Of a DNA stretch of 64,000 nt, positions 26,264 through 36,498 are shown one piece after another. The notes beneath the pieces are model-generated. The model searched no databases. It was not told the origin of the DNA and saw only the letters and a program-made list of their open reading frames with translations. Each line of letters starts with the position of its first letter. The stretch's first letter is position 1. The stretch covers positions 124,001 to 188,000 of the forward strand of contig NC_043025.1 of assembly GCF_006345805.1 (NCBI RefSeq), given 5' to 3'. The DNA comes from Octopus sinensis. Its lineage: Eukaryota. A program made the position numbers and the translations under genes.

Positions 26264-26454
26264 CATTATATAAAAGGGCTTAGTAAAATAAATTACTTTG
26301 CCGCATACTGAACTCATTAGAAATAGCAGCTAAAAAAACTTTTTTAAAACTATTTCCAGTACTTAAAGAAAACCTCTCTCATATAGTGTTTGCTCAATTC
26401 AACTCACGCAAATATGGGGGTAGAGACATTAAAAAATCAAGTGCAAAGGTTATT

Positions 26455-26508
26455 TGAGAACGTACGTTTCAAGATTAGTCAAAATTCGACATTTCTATCA
26501 TCAGCTCA
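26455..26508 (-). ncRNA. Type-I minimal hammerhead ribozyme (inverted array unit)
   Basis: Revcomp UGAG-CUGAUGA-stem II-GAAAC-GUAC-GUU/CUCA; core intact. Confidence 0.75.
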
Positions 26509-27084
26509 GAACTCCCTGGTTTGGATTTGAAAACACTGAAAGTAGGAGCATACCCTTTCGGCTTCCTCTCGCTTCTGAAGATCTGCTCGTAACTAACAGT
26601 GCCAACAAACTCAAAAATGCAAGCGAAGAATTTCTGCTCTCCCCTTTCCACCAGCGTGGGTTAAAATCAGTAAACACTATGCTTTTTTCGGTAAAATCCG
26701 CGGCATTATATAGAGAGAAATGAATTATAATTTCAACAATTGAGGGTAAAATTAATTAATTAATCAATTTCACCAAGTATTCAGTATGCAAAGGGACCAT
26801 TTAAGGCGAATTCAAATTATTACATTATATAAAAGGGCTTAGTAAAATAAATATTGTTGAAATTATAATTCATCTCTCTCTATATAATGCCGCGGATTTT
26901 ACCGAAAAAAGCATAGTGTTTACTGATTTTAACCCACGCTGGTGGAAAGGGGAGAGCAGAAATTCTTCGCTTGCATTTTTGAGTTTGTTGGCACTGTTAG
27001 TTACGAGCAGATCTTCAGAAGCGAGAGGAAGCCGAAAGGGTATGCTCCTACTTTCAGTGTTTTCAAATCCAAACCAGGGAGTTC

Positions 27085-27138
27085 TGAGCTGTAGATAGAA
27101 ATGTCGAATTTTGACTAATCTTGAAACGTACGTTCTCA
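27085..27138 (+). ncRNA. Hammerhead copy with mutated core (CUGUAGA), probably inactive
   Basis: Matches the other copies except CTGTAGA at 27089-27095 replaces CTGATGA. Confidence 0.6.
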
Positions 27139-27643
27139 AATAACCTTTGCACTTGATTTTTTAATGTCTCTACCCCCATATTTGCGTGAGTTGAATTGAG
27201 CAAACACTATATGAGAGAGGTTTTCTTTAAGTATTGGAAATAGTTTTAAAAAAGTTTTTTTAGCTGCTATTTCTAATGAGTTCAGTATGCGGCAAAGTAA
27301 TTTATTTTACTAAGCCCCTTTATATAATGTAATAATTTGAATTCGCCTTAAATGGTCCCTTTGCATACTGAATACTTGGTGAAATTGATTAATTAATTAA
27401 TTTTACCCTCAATTGTTGAAATTATAATTCATCTCTCTCTATATAATGCCGCGGATTTTACCGAAAAAAGCATAGTGTTTACTGATTTTAACCCACGCTG
27501 GTGGAAAGGGGAGAGCAGAAATTCTTCGCTTGCATTTTTGAGTTTGTTGGCACTGTTAGTTACGAGCAGATCTTCAGAAGCGAGAGGAAGCCGAAAGGGT
27601 ATGCTCCTACTTTCAGTGTTTTCAAATCCAAACCAGGGAGTTC

Positions 27644-27697
27644 TGAGCTGATGATAGAAATGTCGAATTTTGACTAATCTTGAAACGTACGTTCTCA
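27644..27697 (+). ncRNA. Type-I minimal hammerhead ribozyme
   Basis: Stem I UGAG/CUCA; CUGAUGA at 27648-27654; stem II AGA..GUC/GAC..UCU; GAAA; palindromic stem III ACGUACGU; GUU site, predicted cut 27693/27694. Confidence 0.75.
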
Positions 27698-28201
27698 AAT
27701 AACCTTTGCACTTGATTTTTTAATGTCTCTACCCCCATATTTGCGTGAGTTGAATTGAGCAAACACTATATGAGAGAGGTTTTCTTTAAGTATTGGAAAT
27801 AGTTTTAAAAAAGTTTTTTTAGCTGCTATTTCTAATGAGTTCAGTATGCGGCAAAGTAATTATTTTACTAAGCCCCTTTATATAATGTAATAATTTGAAT
27901 TCGCCTTAAATGGTCCCTTTGCATACTGAATACTTGGTGAAATTGATTAATTAATTAATTTTACCCTCAATTGTTGAAATTATAATTCATCTCTCTCTAT
28001 ATAATGCCGCGGATTTTACCGAAAAAAGCATAGTGTTTACTGATTTTAACCCACGCTGGTGGAAAGGGGAGAGCAGAAATTCTTCGCTTGCATTTTTGAG
28101 TTTGTTGGCACTGTTAGTTACGAGCAGATCTTCAGAAGCGAGAGGAAGCCGAAAGGGTATGCTCCTACTTTCAGTGTTTTCAAATCCAAACCAGGGAGTT
28201 C

Positions 28202-28255
28202 TGAGCTGATGATAGAAATATCGAATTTTGACTAATCTTGAAACGTACGTTCTCA
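28202..28255 (+). ncRNA. Type-I minimal hammerhead ribozyme
   Basis: Same fold with one stem II substitution (GTC>ATC); predicted cut 28251/28252. Confidence 0.72.
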
Positions 28256-28760
28256 AATAACCTTTGCACTTGATTTTTTAATGTCTCTACCCCCATATTT
28301 GCGTGAGTTGAATTGAGCAAACACTATATGAGAGAGGTTTTCTTTAAGTATTGGAAATAGTTTTAAAAACGTTTTTTTAGCTGCTATTTCTAATGAGTTC
28401 AGTATGCGGCAAAGTAATTTATTTTACTAAGCCCTTTTATATAATGTAATAATTTGAATTCGCCTTAAATGGTCCCTTTGCATACTGAATACTTGGTGAA
28501 ATTGATTAATTAATTAATTTTACCCTCAATTGTTGAAATTATAATTCATCTCTCTCTATATAATGCCGCGGATTTTACCGAAAAAAGCATAGTGTTTACT
28601 GATTTTAACCCACGCTGGTGGAAAGGGGAGAGCAGAAATTCTTCGCTTGCATTTTTGAGTTTGTTGGCACTGTTAGTTACGAGCAGATCTTCAGAAGCGA
28701 GAGGAAGCCGAAAGGGTATGCTCCTACTTTCAGTGTTTTCAAATCCAAACCAGGGAGTTC

Positions 28761-28814
28761 TGAGCTGATGATAGAAATGTCGAATTTTGACTAATCTTGA
28801 AACGTACGTTCTCA
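28761..28814 (+). ncRNA. Type-I minimal hammerhead ribozyme
   Basis: Same fold; predicted cut 28810/28811. Confidence 0.75.
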
Positions 28815-29152
28815 AATAACCTTTGCACTTGATTTTTTAATGTCTCTACCCCCATATTTGCGTGAGTTGAATTGAGCAACACTATATGAGAGAGGTTTTC
28901 TTTAAGTATTAGAAATAGTTTTAAAAAAGTTTTTTTAGCTGCTATTTCTAATGAGTTCAGTATGCGGCAAAGTAATTTATTTTACTAAGCCCTTTTATAT
29001 AATGTAATAATTTGAATTCGCCTTAAATGGTCCCTTTGCATACTGAATGCTTGGTGAAATTGATTAATTAATTAATTTTACCCTCAATTGTTGAAATTAT
29101 ATATATATATATATATATATATACGAGAAAGAAGCAACAAGAATGGATAGGT

Positions 29153-29243
29153 TTTTAGTACGATCGTTTCATACAAGGACAGGTTTTATTAAAAGTTGCA
29201 AAGATTACAGCATATAAACGAGTCCCGTACTCATCAGCTAAAA
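29153..29243 (-). ncRNA. Type-I hammerhead ribozyme (left arm of foldback)
   Basis: Reverse complement of 30235-30325. Confidence 0.78.
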
Positions 29244-30234
29244 TACATGTAAGTTCTCTAGACATCCTAGTGTTTGAGGCTATACTCATGAAGTAATGTA
29301 GATAATTAAACAGATTTCTAAAGTTCATTAAAGTTCTTTAAAGATGATGCATAGTCTTATCACAGAATTTTAAAAAAGTTTTGGTAGCATCACAGAGAAG
29401 GTGACCTAATCCATATGAATTTCCATAGATATGATGAGGGATTATATACTCACAGAAGACAAATTTATCCATTGTTATTAGCATTACAGAGAGGGTGAAT
29501 TAATCCTTTGTATATATGCACAGATTCCAATGGTGTAGATGTAAATTTCCAGAGAAATGGAGATGAATTTCATATTCACAGGCGATAAATTTTACAATGG
29601 TTGAACACAATGAGGTAGGTACCAATCCTTGTTATATGATTAGGTGTTTGCCATATTAATCACATTACTGCTATTCACAAGAGGCTGTAGCTATTTAACT
29701 CTTAAAGGTTGAAGGGCTTACTAGATCGGCCAAGAATATTCTAGTAAGCCGATCTAGTAAGCCCTTCAACCTTTAAGAGTTAAATAGCTACAGCCTCTTG
29801 TGAATAGCAGTAATGTGATTAATATGGCAAACACCTAATCATATAACAAGGATTGGTACCTACCTCATTGTGTTCAACCATTGTAAAATTTATCGCCTGT
29901 GAATATGAAATTCATCTCCATTTCTCTGGAAATTTACATCTACACCATTGGAATCTGTGCATATATACAAAGGATTAATTCACCCTCTCTGTAATGCTAA
30001 TAACAATGGATAAATTTGTCTTCTGTGAGTATATAATCCCTCATCATATCTATGGAAATTCATATGGATTAGGTCACCTTCTCTGTGATGCTACCAAAAC
30101 TTTTTTAAAATTCTGTGATAAGACTATGCATCATCTTTAAAGAACTTTAATGAACTTTAGAAATCTGTTTAATTATCTACATTACTTCATGAGTATAGCC
30201 TCAAACACTAGGATGTCTAGAGAACTTACATGTA

Positions 30235-30325
30235 TTTTAGCTGATGAGTACGGGACTCGTTTATATGCTGTAATCTTTGCAACTTTTAATAAAACCTGTC
30301 CTTGTATGAAACGATCGTACTAAAA
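30235..30325 (+). ncRNA. Type-I hammerhead ribozyme with long stem II
   Basis: Stem I UUUUAG/CUAAAA; CUGAUGA at 30241-30247; stem II GUACGGGAC/GUCCUUGUAU (one bulge); GAAA; palindromic stem III ACGAUCGU; GUA site, predicted cut 30319/30320. Confidence 0.8.
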
Positions 30326-30571
30326 ACCTATCCATTCTTGTTGCTTCTTTCTCGCTTATAATCACCCCACATTACTGTATTGTTAAATCAGTATAGTTTT
30401 TTTTGGTGCATCTAAGTTAGGTACCATATTCAAGTAAATTTTTTAAATTAACTTGAATCTTTATTGCTCTTTGTATATATATATATATATATGCTATAAA
30501 TACGTTTGTATATGTAAGTATATCGTATGTTGTATATGTATATATTTGTATTTATTTGCTTTTCTGAGTAT

Positions 30572-30630
30572 ATTCCACTGATGAAGGCAGAGCATTTCTT
30601 ATGCAGAGTCAGAAATCCGGGATCTGGAAT
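30572..30630 (+). ncRNA. Hammerhead-like motif (non-canonical)
   Basis: Stem I AUUCCA/UGGAAU; CUGAUGA; stem II GGC..GCAU/AUGC..GUC closed by an A-A mismatch; GAAAU-CCGGG-AUC site. Confidence 0.55.
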
Positions 30631-30858
30631 TATCCAGAAATGTTTGCTATTCTATTTTGTCTCTTCGTCTTCTCTCCTGGTGCTATATGAACATTTAATG
30701 TGGTTTTAGAGTCAAGATTTGACTGCTATTACCCTATATTATAATTTTAAATAATTGTTACCTTTGATGTTTTTTATTCCCATGCTGGCCACCTGATAAA
30801 ATCGATATTTAAATATTGATCTTATCCTTCTGTGTGTGTATGTATATATATATATATA

Positions 30859-33800
30859 TTGGTTGGCATCTTTTTTGTCTCGGGAGACAATGGAGTTGCG
30901 CATAAAATAGTCCGGCTTTTATATTTCATATCCTGATACATTTCCTGCTGTGGCTGTGTAGTCCTTTCCTGGACAAACACTCCCTCTGGCAGGTACCGCA
31001 AATGTAGCGAAGACTGTTCCTGGCTGGTTGTAATGTCATAGTTTCTTGTTGACGTCTCTTCTTTTCTTCCCATTTCTCCTCTCTCTCCCTGTCACTCCTT
31101 TGTATTCCCTCTTTTACGGTACGTCGCCATTCTCCACGGTGTCCGGCAACTGCCTCCCGACCGCTAATATTGATGTTGCAGGCCTTCATGTCCCTTTTGC
31201 AAACATCCTTGTAACGTAAGATCGGTCTACCCACAGACCTAGTACCCCTAGCAAGCTCTCCGTAGAGTATGTCCTTGGGGATTCTGCCATCTTTCATACG
31301 GCTAACATGCCCAAGCTATCTCATACGTCTTTGTGTGAGGAGTGCAAACATGCTTGGTATTCCTGCTTGCCTGAGGACATCTTTGTTGGGGATATGATTC
31401 TGCCATTTGATGCGGAGGATTTTTCGGAGGCAGCGCAGGTGAAAGATGTTTAGGTGAGGCTTGGTGGTGTTGTATAGCGTCCAAGTCTCACTTCCATACA
31501 GTAGAGTGCTGAGTACACATGCCTGGTAGATCTTCATTTTCGTGGTCTTCATCAGCTTATTGTTGTCCCAAGCCCGTTTGGAGAGTTGGGCCATCGCAGC
31601 AGCTGCCTTTCCAATGCGTATATTGAGCTCAGCGTCAAGGGATAAGTTGTAGGTGACGATAGAGCCCAGATAGGTAAACTTCTCCACCTCTTGTAATCTG
31701 TGGTCTCCAATATGTATGTTTGGGATGTCCGATGTAGCCTGACCCATGATGTTGGTCTTCTTAAGGATGATAGCTAAGCCAAAGTCGTTACATGCTTGCT
31801 CAAAACAGTCAATGAACCTTTGGAGGGCTTCTTCTGTGTGTGATACCAGAGCGGCATCATCAGCAAATAGCATCTCCTTGATCAGGACGCTTCTGATTTT
31901 GGTCTTGGCACACAGGCGCGAGAGATTGAACAGTTTCCCGTCACTTCTACTGTGCAGAAACACTCCATCATCTGATGTCTGAAAGGCTTGTGAGAGTAAG
32001 AGCGAGAAGAAGATGCCAAAAAATGTAGGAGCGAGGACACAACCTTGCTTTACCCTGTTTTTTATTTGGAAGGCGGCTGATGTTGAACCGTTGTGCTGTA
32101 TGGTGCCTTGCATGTCATCATGGAAAGACTTGATGATCCTCAGCAGCTTTGGTGGACATCCGATTTTTTGGAGCAGGATTAAGAGGTCTGTTCTGCTTAC
32201 CGAGTCAAAAGCCTTTGTTAGATCAATGAAGGCCATATATAATGGCATTTTCTGCTCTCTGGACTTCTCCTGAAGTTGGCGTACGGAGAATATCATATCG
32301 ATAGTTGATCTGCTTCTTCTAAAGCCACACTGCGATTCCGGATAGATACGAGAAGCAAGTAGTTGTAGCCTTGCCAGGATAACGCGGGCAAAGGTCTTTC
32401 TAACAGTGCTTAGAAGAGATATACCACGGTAATTGTTACAATCACCACGGTCACCTTTGTTTTTGTAAAGCGTAATGGTGTTAGCATCCCGCATATCCTG
32501 AGGGACTGTACCCTCTTCCCAGCACTGACACAGAAGCTCATGAAGATGCCGAAGCAGGATGGGGTTTTTACCGGCTTTGATGATATCTGAGGGAGTGCCG
32601 TCTTTTCCCGGAGACTTAGTTCTTGCTAGGGAGTTAACAGCCTTGGTGAGCTCTGTTATAGATGGCGGACTGTCAAGTTCGCACATGACTGGCAAGATCT
32701 TGAGACTCTCGACGCAGCCTCAGCCACTGTACTGTAGTCTCCGTGAGTAGAGATCCTGGTAGTGCTCCACCCATCTATCCATTTGCTTGCCTTGATCCGT
32801 GCTGAGATCTCCAGAGGGGCTGACTTGGTTGCGGATGGACCGAGGGCCTTTTTCAAACCGGCATACATCCCACAGGTGTCGCCACTGTCAGCAGCTGACT
32901 GGATACTCTGACAGATTTCCTGCCAATACCCATTTGCACAGCGTCTGGCTGTCAGTTGGGTTTTATTTCGTGTCTTTCTGAGTTCTTCGAGGGACTTTGT
33001 AGAAGAATCACTCTTGTATTGCATCAGAGCTGCACGCTTTGCTTCGATAACTGGATCCAGCTCTGAGAGCCCAGCATTGAACCAATCTGGGTTTTGCCTT
33101 TCTCTCATGCCGAAAGTATCTATTGATGTTGTATACAAAGCTTCCCTGATATAGTTCCACCTACTTTCAGCAGAGGAGGTTGGGCAGCTACTGAGGGCAA
33201 CTTTGATAGAAGCAGCAAAACATTTTCGCAGCGTAGGTTCCGAGGTTCTGGCAGTGTTAATGCGTGGTCGGCCCACTTTCTTGAAGCGATGGACTTTTTT
33301 AGGCAGAATCCTCACCCTACTTCTAATTAGTGAGTGGTCTGTGTCACAATCCGCGCTGTGGTAACTGCGGGTCAATACAGTAGAATTCAGAAAGGATCTC
33401 CGTGTAATGATGAGATCCAGCTGATGCCAGTGGTGAGATCTTGGATGTCTCCAAGATCCCTTGTGGGATGGCTTGTTGGTAAAGAATGTGTTTGTGATGC
33501 ACAGATTGTGGTATGTACAGAATACGAGTAGTCTCTGACCATTGTCATTCATGTTGCCAATACCAAAGTGTCCAACACAAATGGGCCACGAATCATGGTC
33601 AGATCCCACGCGAGCGTTAAAATCCCCCAGAAGGTAGATATTTTCAGTCGTTGGTATATTTTCTATGACACAGTTGAGATCTTTGTAGAACTGGTACTTG
33701 GTCTCCTCTGAGCTGTAGAAAGTGGGAGCAGAGATGCTGAGTAGATGTACTGAGCCAGAAGAAGTCGAGAGGCGCAGTGAGGGGATACGCTCAGTGCCTC

Positions 33801-34720
33801 CTGATGGTGGTTCTATTGAGGAGAGTAATGAGTTTCTCACTGCAAAGCCAACGCCATGCTGACGAGGTTCTTCTGGATCGCTTCCTGCCAAAAGGAGGTG
33901 AAATCCTGTCTTTGAGTTTGCCGTTTGAGGGGAGACTTGTCTCCTTCAGCCCAGCAATATCTATGTTGATCCTCTTTAGTTCACGGTCAATGATGGCCGT
34001 TTTCCTTGTGTCTTCAACCCTGAGTAGATCATCAGATATTCCAGGGCACATGGTCCTAACATTCCAGCTTGCCAACCGCACAACTGGTGTTTTCTTGACT
34101 TTTAGTTGTTTGCCTGGTGCAGAGGTTGCAGGCCGCTTTTCAAGTCATACTCTTAGCTTCAAGCACCCAATGAAGCAGGCGACCTGTGGCGGGTCAGCAC
34201 CTTATTGACTGGGGGCTGCCCAGCTTGAGGTTGGCAGTAGCTAACCAATAGGACACGAAGGTCCCTCCCACCGTCAGAGGTAACCCGTAGCGCCCATATT
34301 TTACGCCAATCTGAATAGATTTATCACTCGTGACTGTTACCTCCTGTGTTGTTTCTGCAGCTTTTTACAGCAGCACTGAAGTGTCCTCTCCAGTTTTGCG
34401 CAAGCCTGGGCTATAGATAAGAAAGTCCTGGGTAGCCCAATCGTCAGGTTTCCTCTCTCGACCTTGCTGATGTAGTCCAAAGGAGTGCAGTGCATTACGT
34501 TTGGCACCAGCTTGGTTGCAGGAGCTGCCGGAAGAGTGTCGAGTGGAACACTAGACCGCCTTCGGGGCTCCACTCCGGATTTCTTTGAAGGTTGTTTCCG
34601 TTCCGTAACCCTGGATAGGGGCCCATACCGGGTACTGTCAGCTGGAGCCCGGAACTCGTGTCAGGCAGGGTCGTCACTCCCTGAAGTAGTGAAGAAATTC
34701 GCTACCCACTACCTTTCCAA
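30859..34720 (-). mobile_element. Near-full-length RTE (BovB/RTE-1-like) LINE: APE endonuclease, RT and C-terminal Cys/His motif, frameshifted
   Basis: LASWNVRTM (APE start), LLGDFNARVG, YHSADCDTDH, DLTKAFDSV, KQGCVLAP, LFADD and CGTCQRECLSRKGLHSH; 3' end abuts (TA)n. Confidence 0.92.
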
Positions 34721-34741
34721 GTAATGTTAAATTATTATTAG

Positions 34742-34778
<37 letters not shown>

Positions 34779-36398
34779 TAGGAGGTATGTGTGTATGTAT
34801 ATGCATACATATATATATATATACACAGTTCTCTCTTTATTTATATGGGTTTTGTTTGTCCTTTGTATAATAAAAATTGATATAAAACACTTAAGCATTT
34901 CGTCGAAGGTACGAATTAGTATATTGTGGGTTACAAGTTAAACACTGTTGATTATAGTGACGTATAATATACGTGCGATAAAATCGAATGTTGGAACAAA
35001 ACCAAATAAATTTGAATAAATGGTTAGAAGCTTTTGCTTACCCAGGATATTCAACTCGGAATTTTCCAGTCACGGTTAAAAACTCATGCTCCATCTGCAA
35101 AAGCCGGATGTAGTATATATATATATGCAGACATTAATTCAAGAAACAAAGTTTGATTTAAAAGCTTTGAGAAGTATAAAAAAGATACAGATAAGGAAAT
35201 CATTTTACATATGTATGTATTATGTGTTTAAGCTGATCAGGCTAACAAAATCGATATCACTATCTACGAAACGTATTGAGCTCACTCACTATTTAAATTG
35301 ACGTTTGCATTTCTTGTATAAAAAATGCATGTGTGTGTGTGTGTGTTGTGTGTGTGTGAGTGTATGCATGTGTGCGCGTGTTCAGCGCGCGCGCGTGTGT
35401 GTGTGTTCGGAGAAAGAGAGGGCAGATATCTACTCACGGGATCTTGATATGTTCTCAGCAGGTTTTTATATTCGTTGAAAGATTTTAAAATCAAACGAAA
35501 TGCGAAGGATTTGGTCCAGCCTATGGATTGATATAGAAATAATTGCTGTTTATTATAAATGAGACACACGTCATAGATGCACATAAAACCCACATACGTA
35601 GATAAAAATACACGTTCATAATCACATATACACTTAAAAATACTATAAATAAATATATATATATACGAACATACAGACTCACATATAATACATCTGCATC
35701 TACACGTATAAACATATATAAATGCATGTTTGTACACATACACAGTTCCATGTACTTATATATATATATATATATATATAGATGTGTGTGTGTTGTGTGT
35801 ATATATATATATATATATTATATATATATATATATATGTATATATATGAACAATTTCATTTAGAATGGTTGATTCTCTCAATTCGATACCATATGACAAA
35901 GGCAAGAAATTCTGTCTTCTCTGCAATTCTGAGCTATTTTTCATTATTTTTTCTAAAAATACTCTAGGTAAGCACGGTTATAGAGCGAGCATACAGATGT
36001 AAGCATTGGGCAGAAACGTACATTAGTGCATATAAGTAGTCTCTATAATTATATATAATTCAAACTTTAATTATTTTTATTTAACATTCACTATGGGTAT
36101 CCCTACTCTTTCTATTAGCTACTTATGACATTATATCATATAACGTTTTTTTAACAATATTAATAGCGTGCTGTCTATCACTCTACAAATCCATCATTTT
36201 TTTGCTAAAATGTCTTATTGACAAGTTTCGCGTTTTTCACCTTCCTGAAGAGAAGATTGATTGCACTTTCATTTATTCTTTTGAATAGTAACAGTGGAAT
36301 TGTCGAAACATGTGTCGAAAGTAAAATATTTGATTACACCTGCGTTAAACTCCATTTATTTATTCATATATATTCAAAATATTCAACGTAAACACGAA

Positions 36399-36498
36399 NN
36401 NNNNNNNNNNNNNNNNNNNNNNNNNNNNNNNNNNNNNNNNNNNNNNNNNNNNNNNNNNNNNNNNNNNNNNNNNNNNNNNNNNNNNNNNNNNNNNNNNN
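36399..36498. other. 100-N assembly gap
   Basis: Exactly 100 N, a typical scaffold-join placeholder. Confidence 0.98.

Larger units (their letters stand above)
26258..29100. repeat. 558-559-bp tandem array: ~4.0 units in one orientation (26853-29100) preceded head-to-head by ~1.07 inverted units (26258-26852); one hammerhead per unit (retrozyme-like)
   Basis: The same ORF is called at 26870, 27429, 27987 and 28546 (spacings 559, 558, 559) and on the opposite strand at 26454. Both ends abut (TA)n. Confidence 0.92.
29124..30354. repeat. Foldback palindrome: 607-bp arms (29124-29730 and 29748-30354), 17-bp spacer
   Basis: Outer and inner ends both pair with coordinate sum 59478; no mismatch seen by eye. 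Confidence 0.93.

Noticed and set aside
26454-28815. 89-aa ORF repeated in every array unit (MRTYVSRLVK...)
   Set aside because: It starts at TTG, runs antisense to the hammerhead, has no recognisable motif, and is conserved only because the units are nearly identical.
23320-29100. CRISPR-like interpretation of the regular repeats
   Set aside because: Eukaryotic context, no unique spacers between repeats and no cas genes.
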